Below are positions 23,535-35,944 of a stretch of 64,000 bases of DNA, piece after piece. Under the pieces are notes generated by a model. The model saw only the letters and a list, made by a program, of their open reading frames with translations. It was not told where the DNA came from and did no database searches. Positions within the stretch are counted from its first letter, which is position 1; the number at the start of each line of letters is the position of its first letter. This DNA is from Mobula hypostoma (Eukaryota). The position numbers and the translations under genes were made by a program. Where the stretch lies: positions 85,252,001 to 85,316,000 of the forward strand of contig NC_086108.1 in the NCBI RefSeq assembly GCF_963921235.1, given 5' to 3'.

Positions 23535-23864
23535 TTCAAGCTGACAGGAAGGTGGCAGCTATGGAAAAAAATACAGTCGACGTGTCGGCCTGAAACATCA
23601 ACTGTATTCTTTTCCATAGGTGGTGCCTGGCCTGCCGAGTTTCTCCAGCATTTTGTGTGTGTTGCTCGGATTTTCAGCACCTGCAGGTTTTCTCTTGTCT
23701 GAGGAAGGCGTCGGTAACTCAGAAAACTACGTGTTACAACAGTGGTGTGCCTAAGAGCATTTCAGAATGCACAACATGTAAAGTGGACTGACTGCAGGAA
23801 CAGAAGTCTGTGAACATACAAACAATATGTTTTGAGGTACCCAATGAAGTTGCAACTGAGTGTA
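23535..23864 (+). mobile_element. Tc1/mariner derivative fragment, split by a fold-back element
   Basis: caagctgacaggaagg...gtaactcagaaaactacgtgttacaacagtggtgtg; TIR-like ...gcaactgagtgta. Confidence 0.7.
23553..23701 (+). mobile_element. Penelope-derived fold-back element
   Basis: Hairpin 23559-23619 centred on the ribozyme stem II; TSD aggaagg 23546-23552 / 23702-23708. Confidence 0.75.
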
Positions 23865-24537
23865 TTTGCTCGGCAATTTTTTTTCTGGAATTTGGTTTGA
23901 AACTATCTGCTGATCAGCCAACTACAAACTATCAGCACCTCATCCTAGCTATCTGCTGCCTTACGATGGACACGTCCGCCCCTTCACAAGGTTGACATGT
24001 ATTGCAGGGAGTGTTGGGAAGTGCAGCGAATGCCACTAGAGCCTTCTCCAGTGATGGTCAGTGAGCTCATGTTTGCCATGAGATGATTGCATTTGAGATC
24101 TTGACCAGGCAAATTGTGAAATGATTCCTGGTTACAGTTCAAAGGCAGTGCCAGAAACCTGGACAGGGTGAATATTTTTGTTAGTTACCATGTTTTTTCT
24201 TGACAATTTTGTAGAATTACCTCTACGTTATTTCCATGCGTGTAACTTTCCTAGTCCTGCAATCACCAGTGTTTAAGCAGGTAAACAAAAGTTACAGCTA
24301 CATTGCTATCTGGCTTGTATTGCAATTGGAGATGGGTCTGGAATGCGAGCTGGATGTGTGGTCAAAGCCATGGACAAGGGTGGGAGTGACAGGGATAAGG
24401 GATGTGGGCAGCCGGTGTCTGTATTATGAGCTAGGGTCAGGATAGTGGTTAGTGCTGCAGCTAAAGCTGGGATCCTGAACTTGGGATGGGTGTGTGCCTG
24501 GAGCTAAGTTTTGAGGGGTGGAGCTTAGGAGGAATGA

Positions 24538-25221
24538 TGGAGCCTAATGGCGACTCCTTTACTCGCATCTTCGGAAACAGCTCTATTTCCATCTTTAATA
24601 TCGCTGTTTTTCCCTCTCAGGGTTCTTTTGAAGACCCTGACCTGGAGTTACACACAGGCTTCGGTTCTTTGCGGGAATGGGACCCATTCTCGGGGTTCCA
24701 CGACTGGCCGCTATTCGACATGCCAAGGGTTTGGCCTGAGAATCTCAGTCGTGTTCAGAAGCCTAAGATCCTGGAACTCTGAAGACGGGTGGATTGAAGG
24801 TCAGTGTCACAGCCAGAGACTCGTGTGTCGTTGGGGAGGCCGGAAAATCTTTTGCTGTGGGCCCGAAGACCCAAGGTCTTTGCCAGGGAGAGAGAGAACC
24901 TGCGGATTGTCGAATTCAGATGAAGTGCGAAGCTTTTGGGGTAACTGCTAGGTTTGTGTCTTTGCTATCGCATAGCACACGTTTGGGCTCGGTGATTGTG
25001 CTGATGTGCATTTTTTTGCTGGTGGGGGGAGGGGGATCATTGCTCGCTGCCGCTTATGCACGGGAGGGGGAGCTGGGGGGGGTGACTTTGCGGTTCTTAT
25101 GTTTAACTGTCGTTCATTCTTCGGGGCACCTCTGCTTTTGTCGATGCTTTACAAAGAAAAAGCATTTCAGGATGTATATTGCATACATTCCTCTGACATT
25201 AAACTTGACCTTTGAACCTTT
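24538..25221 (+). mobile_element. ORF-less non-autonomous element with Rex1-type tail
   Basis: Head cctaatggcgactcc; tail gacattaaacttgacctttgaaccttt; possible TSD gaatga 24532-24537 / 25222-25227; CpG-rich. Confidence 0.65.
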
Positions 25222-25345
25222 GAATGACTAAGATCAGTAATGCAGGCAGCTTTGCACCCAGAGATGGGATCTGGCGTGTGGAATGACTGTATGGATAGAG
25301 CTGGAGCCAGAGATGGGAATGCCTGAATTCTGGAGTAGGAATAAT

Positions 25346-25965
25346 AGGTGCTTCAAAAGGGCATCAATCATACCAGTGCCCAAGAAGAGAAAGGTGAGTT
25401 GCCTCAGTGACTTTTGCTTGGTAGCACTCACATCTACTGTGATTACGTACTCTGAGGTTGTTTATAGCTAAAATTAACTCCTGCCTGAGCAAGGACCTGG
25501 ACCCACTGCAATCTGCGTCCCAACACAACATGTCTGCAGTAATGTTATCTCATTTGCTCTCCACTTGGCTTTGGAGCATCTAGACAACAGCAATACATAA
25601 ATAGGCTGATGTCTTTTGGTTTCAGCTAGCGTTCAATACCGTCAACCTCTCAGTACTGATCAATGCGCTTCTGAACCTGGGACTCTGTACCTCCCTCTGC
25701 AACTAGATTCTTGACTTCTTTATTGGAAGACCACAATCAGCGTGGATCGGAAAATAAAACATATCCTTGCTGACAATCAACACAGGCACATCTCAAAGGT
25801 GCGTGCCTAGCCACTGCTCTACTTTCTCTACACTCACTATCACATGGGCAGGCAAAGCTCAAATGCTATCTATAAATTTGCTGATGACACCACTGTTCTT
25901 GCAGAAACTCAGATGGCATTGAGGGGGTGTATAGGAGTGACACAGATTGGCTGGTTAAGTGGATT
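25346..25965 (+). mobile_element. Rex1/Babar RT fragment
   Basis: CFKRASIIPVPKK...VALTSTV; aaatttgctgatgac (KFADD). Confidence 0.85.
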
Positions 25966-26796
25966 CACTTTCAAACTCTCTGATGAGTCACCTGGACCAG
26001 ACTAACTACACCCCAGGTTTCTGAAACAGGTAGCTGAAGCGATTGTGGAGGCATTAGTAATGATCTTTCAAGAATCTCTAGATACTGGAATGGTTCTGGA
26101 GGACTGAAAAATTTCAAATGTCACTTCACTCTCCAAGAAGGGAGGGAGGCTGAAGGAAGGAAGTTGTATGCCAGCTAGCCTGACGTTGGTGATGAGAAAG
26201 ATGTTGGAGTCGATGGCTAAGAGTGTGTTTTCGGGCTACTTGGGGGCACATGATAAAATAGACCAAAGTTAGCATGGTTTGCTCAAGGGAAAATTGTTAT
26301 GTTTTGCAACTTCAAAACATTAAATACAGGTCTAGTTTGAGTATACTTTAAGTGAGGCATGCACGTATCATGATGATGTACAGAGTTCATGTATTTTTAT
26401 ATATAATCCGTAATTAGTTTTTAAATGATCAAGTATATAGAACTATTATATATAGACATCCACAGCATTCCCCTTCAGACCTAAAGATTTAATTGCTATG
26501 GAGGATTTCTTACTCTTGTGGGATAATGTCTTTTCTGACAAGGGGGATCACTCTGCACAGGTCACTCTGTGGCTGTGAAGCATTCTCAGGTTCTGGGGCC
26601 TTCTTCAGATTGGCTGTAGGAGTTGATTGTGAGACTGCAGGAAGGGTTCTGACAGTGGTTGCCAACTTGCTCCTCTATCAATTGACTCTGCTCTCCTCAA
26701 CTGGGCGACGTATTACCTCCAGATGATCTCAGATTCAATCTCCAATGTGTAGGAGTGTGATCCAGTTTTGTCCTTAATCTTTCTGAGTACCCACTT

Positions 26797-27537
26797 TTAA
26801 TCACCTCTATAGTCCCTCGCCAGGACTATTTGTCCAGGAGTGAAACATTGAAACTCTTTGTTTGAAGAGCCTTCAATTTGTCCCGGCTGTTTGTCCTGCA
26901 TGCTTCTGAGGCTGGGTTTGAGGAGATCAAAGTATGAGCACAAGAGACAACCCAGGAACAGCAGAGCTGGTGAGTTGTTAGTCATGGAGCATGTTGCATG
27001 ATGATATGCAAGGAGGAAATTGGCGAGTTTCTGGTTCAGTGTCGGTGTAGTGTATTTTGCTGACATTGCTCTCAGTGTGTTCTTTAGACTGAGGACAAAC
27101 CTTTCTGCCAAGCCATTTGTTGGGTGGTATGGCACAGATGTAATATGTCTTATTTCATTCATTTTCAGGAATGACTGAAATTGTTCCACAACAAACTGTG
27201 GTCCATTGTCATTGACCAAGTGTTCTGGAACACCTGTCCTTGCGAAGAGGCTTCTCAACACATCAACAGTGTACAAGGCTGTAGTGAAGGCTATTGGGAA
27301 CACTTCTGGCCATTTTGTAGCTGCATCCATTACTACCAAGAAATTAATGCTAATGAATGGTCTGGCAAAATCCACATGAATCCTCTGCCAGGGCAATGCA
27401 GACCATTCCCAGGGATGGAGAGGTGCTGCTCTTGGCATCTTCTGGACATGTTGGCATCCCGTACAGTGCCTGGCAAGCTGCTCGATCTGCTGATCTATCC
27501 CAGGCCACCAGACAAAGCTTTGAGCCGATGCTTTCAT
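26797..27537 (-). pseudogene. Gypsy integrase fragment
   Basis: WWPGID...C..CQ, PWQRIHVDFA, DNGPQF, PYHPTNGLAER. Confidence 0.92.
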
Positions 27538-28106
27538 TTTTCAGCACACCTAGATGACTGGAATGTTGCTCCTCCAACACTTCAGCTCTCAGCTAGGATG
27601 GTACAATAACTCTCAATCCCCACATAGGGGCAAACCCTGTGAAGGGCAAGTTCATTCTGGCAGTGGTAAAAATGGGGGAAGTGGGACTTCTGTTGCACAT
27701 TTCAGGCATTTTGGGTGGCCACGTGAACCGGAGACAGTGTGAGGTCTTTTCTACTTTCTATTTAGATCATCTCTGCTGCTATAGGGAACCTTTCGATTTG
27801 CGTTAGGGAGAATACGTCAATAGGTGTGTCTTTTTCAGTAAATTTTTCCTGTATTTTATTTCCAAGGGTAAATGGGACAAACCATTAGCATTCCCATGAG
27901 TAGATGTCCTCTTGAATTGAATCTTGTAAGTTTTCTCAAATAAAATGGTGTGAGACCGTATTATACTCCAAACACAAAGAGTTGCACAAATACTTTACGT
28001 AATTATGTCATCACATCAGAGCAGCCTCTCGAAGTGAACTCCAACTCAACGTTGCTGTTTGTAAATTACCGAGTGTATATTTCCACCAATTACATTACCT
28101 TACCTT

Positions 28107-29597
28107 CTAATGGTGTCCTCCAAGAATCAGAGCCCATCTCTGAGTTTGTGCTGCTGCTCTCAGTGGAACAACCTTCTGTGGATTGAAAATGGACACTCGT
28201 AGTAGATGATCAGTAATGAGGGTAAACTCTCTCCCAGACAAATACCGGTTGAAATATCTTACTCCCCAAACCAGACTCAAAGCCTCTTTGTCAATCTGTG
28301 TGGAATTTTTCATTGTAGTGGTAAGGGAACGTGAAGTAAAAGCTTTGGGGGGTTCACTTCCATCACTCATCACATGTGACGTGATTGTATAATGCGAGGC
28401 ATTACCGGCAAGCTTCACTGGGTGATGTGGATCATAACCTTTTTGAAAGCCACCTCACACTGCTTTGTGGATCGTCATTTCTTCCTGATCTGTTGTAGTG
28501 AGTTCAAAGGGTGGAGCTCAATAGCTAGGTTTGGCAGGAATAGTAGTTGATAAATATTAAAAAGGACAGCAACTGTGACACATCCTTAGGCCTTGGGACA
28601 TCCACCACTGCTTGACTTTTCTCAGTACACTTGTGTAATGCTTGTGCGTCAATCGTGTGATCACAGAATGTGATGCTCAGTTTAAAGAATTCGCACTTGT
28701 CGTGTTGTGCTTTGAGCCCATAACCTTCTAATCTTTTTAACACTGTCTTGAGGTTTTGGAGATGTTCCTTGTCATCCTTACAATGATGTAACGCAGGTAA
28801 TACTGAGTGCCTGTGCATTCTTGCTGCCACTGGACCATAGCTTTCTGCCAGAGTGCAGGCGCAGATGCTACTCCAAAAATAAGCCTATTGTAGTGATAAT
28901 TAAGAAGCCTATTGTAGCCCTATGTAAGTGTGTATGCTGAGAAACACTTTGGACTCTTCTTCCATCCCAATCTGTAAGTAGGCCTCCACTAAATCCACTT
29001 TGCTGAAGTGTTTTCCTTCAGAAAAGATATCCTCTATCCAGGGCAGAGGGCATCGATCAACTACTTTCAGTGCTGGATCGTTAGTAACCTTGAAATCACC
29101 ACAGAACTTGACAGACCTTTTCTTCTCAGAAACTGGAATCACTGGTGTTGCCAATGGGCTCCACTCAACCTGTGAAAGAATTCCTTCAGCTTCTATACAC
29201 TCCAGCTCACTGGCTACTTTATCACGGACAGTATAAGGAACTGGGTGGGCTTTGCAAAACTTGGATGCAGCATTTTCATTTAATACTATTTTACCCTTGA
29301 TATGTTTGAGTTTTCCAGTGTCTTCCCTGAACATTGCTGTGGCATCATCCAGTATCTTTCTTAATTCACTTTCATATGGCTTCATTGCACCATATGTGGC
29401 ATGTAAATTGAGGTTGGACCTCCAATCAAATTGTAGCTGTTTGTGTCAATCACACCCTCACAATGCAAGGACACGGTTTTTACCACATACAAGCTCAATG
29501 TAGCTTGTTGGTTGTTGTATTTCACTGTTGCGGGTGGCATTCCCACAAGAGTTATCTTTTCCCCAGTATAAGTTCTTAGTTGGATGTCTGTGGACAT
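28107..29597 (-). pseudogene. Gypsy protease/RT/RNase H, frameshifted
   Basis: LRTYTGE, CGDFKVTND, KVDLVEAYLQ, QIDKEALSLVWGV...FTLITDH. Confidence 0.9.
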
Positions 29598-29610
29598 ATC
29601 GTTGAAATGC

Positions 29611-31578
29611 CATAGAAACCATAGAAACTACAGCACAGAAACAGGCCTTTTGGCCTTTCTTGGCTGTGCCGAACCATTTTCTGCCTAGTCCCACTGACCT
29701 GCATGTGGACCATATCCCTCCGTACATCTCCCATCCATGTATCTGTCCAATTTATTCTTAAACGTTAAAAAAGAATCTGCATTTACCACCTCATCTGGCA
29801 GCTCATTCCATACTCCCACCACTCTCTGTGTGAAGAAGCCCCCACCTAATATTCCCTTTAAACTTTTCCCCCCTCACCCTTAACCCATGTCCCCTGGTTT
29901 TTTTTTCCCCTTGCCTCAGTGGAAAAAGCCTGCTTGCATTCACTCTATCTATACCCATCATAATTTTATATACCTCTATCAAATCTCCCCTCATTCTTCT
30001 ACGCTCCAGAGAATAAAGTCCTAACCTATTCAACCTTTCTCTGTAACTGAGTTTCTCAAGTCCCGGCAACATCCTTGTAAACCTTCTCTGCACTCTTTCA
30101 ACCTTATCTATATCCTTCCTGTAATTTGGTGACCAAAACTGAACACAATACTCCAGCTTCGGCCTCACCAATGCCTTATACAACCTCATCATAACATTCT
30201 AGCTCTTATACTCAATACTTTGATTAATAGAGGCTAATGTACCAAAAGATCTCTTTACGACCCTATCTACCTGTGACGCCACTTTTAGGGAATTTTGTAT
30301 CTGTATTCCCAGATCCCTCTGTTCCACTGCACTCCTCAGTGCCTTACCATTAACCCTATATGTTCTACCTTGGTCTGTCCTTCCAACGTGCAATACCTCA
30401 CACTTGTCTGTATTAAACTCCATCTGCCATTTTTCAGCCCATTTTTCCAGCTGGTTCAAGTCCCTCTGCAGACTCTGAAAACCTTCCTCACTGTCTACTA
30501 CACCTCCAATCTTTGTATCATCAGCAAACTTGCTGATCCAATTTACCACATTATCATCCAGATCATTGATATAGATGACAAATAACAATGGACCCAGCAC
30601 TGATCCCTGTGGCACACCACTAGTCACAGGCCTCCACTCAGAGAAGCAATTCTCTACTACCACTCTTTGGCTTCTTCCATTGAGCCAATGTCTAATCCAA
30701 TTTACCAGCTCTCCATGTATACCTAGCGACTGAATTTTCCTAACTAACCTCCCATGCGGGACCTTGTCAAAGGCCTTACTGAAGTCCATGTAGACAATAT
30801 CCACTGCCTTCCCTTCATCCACTTTCCTGGTAACCTCCTCGAAAAACTCCAATAGATTGGTCAAACATGACCTACCACGCACAAAGCCATGTTGACTCTC
30901 CCTAATAAGTCCCTGTCTATCCAAATGCTTGTAGATTCTGTCTCTTAGTACTCCCTCCAATAACTTACCTACTACCGATGTTAAACTTACTGGCCTATAA
31001 TTTCCCAGATTACTTTTCGATCCTTTTTTAAACAACGGAACAACATGAGCCACTCTCCAATCCTCCGGCATCTCACCCGTAGACAGCGACATTTTAAATA
31101 TTTCTGCCAGGGCCCCCACAATTTCAACACTAGTCTCCTTCAAGGTCCGAGGGAACACCCTGTCAGATCCCGGGGATTTATCCACTTTACTTTTCCTCAA
31201 GACAGCAAGCACCTCCTCTTTTTCAATCTGTACAGTTTCTGTGATCTTGCTACTTGATTCCCTTAATTCCATAGACTTCATGCCAGTTTCCTTAGTAAAT
31301 ACAGACGCAAAAAACCTATTTAAGATCTCCCCCATTTCCTTTGGTTCCGCACATAGCTGACCACTCTGATCTTCAAGAGGACCAATTTTATCCCTTACAA
31401 TCCTTTTGCTCTTAATATGCCTGTAAAAGCTCTTTGGATTATCCTTCACTTTGACTGCCAAGGCAACCTCATGCCTTCTTTTAGCCCTCCTGATTTCTTT
31501 CTTAAGTATTTTCTTGCACTTCTTATACTCCTCAAGCACCTGATTTACTCCCTGTTTCCTATACATTTCATACAACTC
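29611..31578 (-). mobile_element. Young 5'-truncated CR1 LINE inside the Gypsy protease region
   Basis: 458-aa and 129-aa ORFs in one frame, separated by a single TAG; tail ttctatggtttctatg. Confidence 0.95.
29803..31575 (-). pseudogene. CR1 ORF2 reverse transcriptase domain
   Basis: NYRPVSLTS, QHGF, DFSKAFD, GVPQGSVLGP, KFADD; stop at 30199-30201; no endonuclease. Confidence 0.93.
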
Positions 31579-31660
31579 CTCTCAAACTCATTCTGCGGAA
31601 TGAGTAAAACAGCTGAACCATTTTAATTAATTTGCCGTTCACTTCTGGTGTCATGGCATA

Positions 31661-32832
31661 AATAAATAATAAACGCATCTGTTAGTCTTGTGAGACCATG
31701 GATCTGGGCCTGGAAAGTCTTTACACTCCAGGGCACAGGCCTGGGCAAGGTTGTATAGTCATAGTCATAGTCATACTTTATTGATCCCGGGGGAAATTGG
31801 TTTTCATTACAGTTGCACCATTAATAATAAATAGTAATAAAACCATAAATAGTTAAATAGTAATATGTAAATTATGCCAGGAAATAAGTCCAGGACCAGC
31901 CTATTGGCTCAGGGTGTCTGACCCTCGAAGGGAGGAGTTGTAAAGTTTGATGGCCACAGGCAGGAATGACTTCCTATGACGCTCTGTGTTGCATCTTGGT
32001 GGAATGAGTCTCTGGCTGAATGTACTCCTGTGCCCAACCAGTACATTATGTAGTGGATGGGAGACATTGTCCTCAGCCTGCTGCCCCAGCACCGAACAGC
32101 AAACATGACAGCACTGGCCGCCACAGACTCATAGCACATCCTCAGCATCGTCCGGCAGATGTTAAAGGACCTCAGTCTACTCAGGAAATAGAGACGGCTC
32201 TGACCCTTATTGTAGACAGCCTCAGTGTTCTTGGACCAGTCCGGTTTATTGTCAACTCGCATCCCCAGGTATTTGTAATCCTCCACCATGTCCACACTGA
32301 CCCCCTGGATGGAAACAGGGGTTGCTGGTACCTTAGCTCTCCTCAGGTCTACCATCAGCTCCTTAGTCTTTTTCACATTAAGCTGCAGATAATTCTGCTC
32401 ACACCATGTGACAAAGTTTCCTACCGTAGCCCTGTACTCAGCCTCATCTCCCTTGCTGATGCATCCAACTATGGCAGAGTCATCAGAAAACTTCTGAAGA
32501 TGACAAGACTCTGTGCAGTAGTTGAAGTCCGAGGTGTAAATGGTGAAGAGAAAGGGAGACGAGACTGTCCCCTGTGGAGCCCCAGTGCTGCTGATCACTC
32601 TGTATGGAAGACAGGCAGTTGTCCATGCTGCAAGTCTCCCCTCTCCACGCCACTGATGTTGTCCAAGGGAAGGGCATTAGGACCCATACTGCTTGGCACC
32701 AGTGTCGTCGCAGAGCAATGTGTGATTAAGTGCCTTGCTTAAAGACACAACACGTTGCCTTGGCTGGGGCCCGAACTCATGACCTTCAGATCGCTAGTCA
32801 AATGCCTTAACCACTTGGCCACGTGCCCACAC
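31661..32832 (-). mobile_element. tRNA-derived SINE with CORE-like segment, split by Rex1
   Basis: Head tggccaagtgg (A box) and agttcgggcc (B-like); gtgtctttaagcaaggcacttaat; TSD tgtcatggcata 31649-31660 / tgtcaaggcata 32833-32844. Confidence 0.8.
31757..32600 (-). mobile_element. Rex1/Babar LINE 3' portion
   Basis: STGAPQGTV, LQKFSDD, YKYLG; (TATGAC)n tail; TSD tgtat 31752-31756 / 32601-32605. Confidence 0.93.
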
Positions 32833-35228
32833 TGTCAAGGCATATTGCTTGTCTATTGCTAATTTTCACACTTTAAGTCTCAAGGCTACACAATTCTGTG
32901 TCATTCTCATCATTATCAGATTTTTTTTTCATCAACTGCATCTTGACTTTTCTCTTCCCTTAGCAATCCATTTTTTTTTGTGCTCAACATACTGTTTGTC
33001 TATGACCGTTTATTTGGTGTATGTGATCCCTGCCACAATGGTAACATGGTTTATTTGACCAGGCTGGTTTCTGTTTTGGTGATGCAATTTTATTCATGCT
33101 CACTTTTGTTCCTGAGTGCAACTCAATTGCAACACTGTCTGCGGTTTCCATTGAAACAATGATTTCCACTGCTCGTTTGAATGTAAGCTGTGCTTCAGTT
33201 AGCAGCCATTTTTGAATGTATTCTTTTAAGATTCCACAAACTAAACGATCCTTTAGTGTACCATTAAGCCATTACTGAGCTTTTACAACAGCAGGAAAGC
33301 TAATTTCTGATGATATGGTTGGAGCAGTCAAACTTTGAAGCAAACTGTATGCCTTTAAACCTAATGAACTCAGCAAAATTGGCTCTTGCTTTTCATTGGC
33401 TATTTCATTTGCTTCAAAATACTGTTCCAATAGTTCAGTATATATCGCCTATTACGCATTGTGCAATCAAACTCGGCAATCTTTCAATGTAGCCAGCCAT
33501 TTCTGATTTTATTTTAATGATTATTATCATCTGGTACTCACTCTCTATTAATCCTGAATTCTTCCATTTATTGCCTTTAAAAAAAAAATCTTGATCCTAT
33601 CTTCCCTTCCGAAGACTAACTGTCCACGCTTTGGGATGTTTCTTATAAATTTGACCGTTTCTTTACATTTTTTTTAGATTGAACATCTTGCTGCTCTCTA
33701 ACAGGTTGGAAACCATGTCAGATTAATTTTAAAAATGCCTCGTTGCCACTGTTATGTTTTGTAACTTCAAAACATTAAATTAATTCAAATGAAAATGGGA
33801 GCATGGGAATACAGGTCTAGTTTGAGTTTACTTTAAAGATCACGTGGTAGCGTGTTGACGTATGCAATAAATGTATTTTTACATATGACCTATAATGAAT
33901 CATTTAAAGAAACAAGAATACTTAATCAAACAATATATATATTACTCAAATATTATTGAAATATTAAATATTAAATACGTAACATCCATTAGAACTCTTT
34001 GAGGAAATAGTAAGCAGGATAGACAAAGGAGAATCGGTGGATGTTGTGTACTTGGATTTTCAGAAGGCCTTTGACAAGATGCTGCAAAAGAGGCTACATA
34101 ACAAGGAAAGAGCTCGTGGTATTACAGGAAAGATATTTGCATGGATACAGCATTGACTGATTGGCAGGAGGCAAAGATTGGGAACAAAGGGAACGTTTTC
34201 TGATTGGCTGCTAGTGACTAGTGTGCTCCACAGTGCCTCATGTTGGAACCGGTTCTTTTTACGTTGTATGTCAATGATTTGGATGATAGAATTGATGGCT
34301 TGTGGCCAAGTTTGGAAATGATACAAAGATAAGTGGAGGGGAAGGTAGTATTGAGGAAGCAGAAAGGCTGCAGAAGGACTTAGACAGATTAGGAGAATGG
34401 GCAAAGAAATGGCCAATGGAATACAGTGCAGGAAGTGTATGGTCATGCACTTTGGTAGAAGGAATAAAAGCACATAATATTTTCTAAACAGGGGGACAAT
34501 TCTAAAATCGAAGGTACAAAAAGACTTGTGAGGCCTTGTGCAGGACTCCCTGCATAAAGGTTAACTTGTATGTTGAGTCAGTGGTAATGAAGGCAAATGC
34601 AATGTTTGCATTCATTTTGAGAGGACTAGAATACAGAAGTAAGCATGTAATGCTGGAGCTTTATAAGGCACTGGTGAGGCCTCACTTGGAGTTTTAGGCC
34701 CCTTGTCTGGGAAAGGATGTGCTGACATTGGAGAGGGTTCAGTGGAGGTTTACGAGAATGATTCCAGGAATGAAAGGCTTATTGTTTGAGGAGCGATTGA
34801 CGACTCTGGGCTTTTACACACTGGAATTTAGGAGAATGAGGGGGGATTTCATTGAAGCTATCAAATGTTGAAAGGCCTAGATGGAGTGGATGTGGAGAGG
34901 ATGTTTCCTATGGTGCGGGAGTCTAGCACGAGTGCACAGCCTCAGAATAGAGGGACATCCATGTAGAATGGAAATGAGGAGGAATTTCTTTAGCAAGAGG
35001 GAGGTTAATCTGTGGATTTCGTTGCCATAGATGTCTGTGGAGGCTAGGTTATTGGGTGTATTTAAGGCAGAGGTTGATAGGTTCTTGATTAGTCAGGGTG
35101 TAAAAGGTTACAGAAGAAGGCAGGTGAATGGGATTGAGAGGAAGATGGATCAACTGTGATAAAATGGCAGAACAGACTGGATGGGCCAGGTGGCCTAATT
35201 CTTCTCCTTTGTCTTCTGGTCTTATGGA

Positions 35229-35430
35229 CTCTACAACTCATGTTCTCAGTATTTATTTATTTGTAATTGCTTTTTTCTTTTTGTATTTGTCAGACCTTGT
35301 GTGTGGTTTTTCATTGATTCTATTGTACTTCTTTGTTCTACTGTGAATGCCTGCAAGAAAATGAATCTCAGGGTAGTATTTGGTGACATATACAGTATGT
35401 ATTTTGATAATAAATTTATTTTGAACTTTG
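35229..35430 (+). mobile_element. Rex1-type 3' tail fragment
   Basis: aatctcagggtagtatttggtgacat...aataaatttattttgaactttg. Confidence 0.65.
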
Positions 35431-35944
35431 GTTACTCCGCTGTTTGCCGCTTCTGAGCTAACCCCTAGTTACCAGGTGTGGATAGTGAGCGAAGTCAGAA
35501 GCTAGTCAATCTCTTCCCTGTAAGGATGCAGTAAATAAAAAAAAAAGAAAAGGCTTATTGCTATAAACTGAGACATACATAGAGATTATTATATCCATGG
35601 AGAGTTGACCACTCTATGTCACTACAGCCTTAGAATCATTGCCTGAGGCCTTAGAGATATCTGTGTTCCTTGTTACGCACTGAAAGTCTGTGTCTATATC
35701 CCTACAGAAAACAAGAAATGATGTAGAATTGAAGCTGCTCTCTTTAGAAGAGGCTTTTGAAGAAGCTTTGCTTAATCGACAACCAAAGAATAAGGGCATG
35801 TAAACATGCGAAAGCCAGGATCAGGAGTTATGTGTGACCCCAATATACTTCTACCATTGTCAGACCCAAGTTGGTCTATATGTCAACTACAGCTACCAAC
35901 TGTTGATTTACACTCCTTGATTTTCTTACCCAAAAGCATTATTA

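Larger units (their letters stand above)
26295..33984 (-). mobile_element. Gypsy (Mag-like) LTR retrotransposon, full length, decayed
   Basis: LTRs 26295-26464 and 33750-33984 (TG...CA); PBS TGGCAACGAGG at 33738-33748, close to the tRNA-Ser(GCT) 3' end; PPT near 26466; gag-PR-RT-RH-IN order. Confidence 0.93.
25975..35228 (+). mobile_element. CR1 LINE (25975-26294 plus 33985-35228) split by a Gypsy provirus
   Basis: RT sequence continues across the provirus (QHGL-KGK then ELFEE...DFQKAFDK); 3' tail near 35225. Confidence 0.88.

Noticed and set aside
24486..24782. WDPF-containing ORF reminiscent of a small heat-shock protein N-terminus
   Set aside because: Only a 4-residue match, no alpha-crystallin domain, and it lies inside a retroposon.
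32020..32742. 240-aa plus-strand ORF, and others such as 42406-43026
   Set aside because: Antisense shadows of LINE RT coding sequence.
32760..32832. tRNA gene
   Set aside because: It is the tRNA-derived head of a TSD-flanked SINE, with a degenerate B box and no full cloverleaf.
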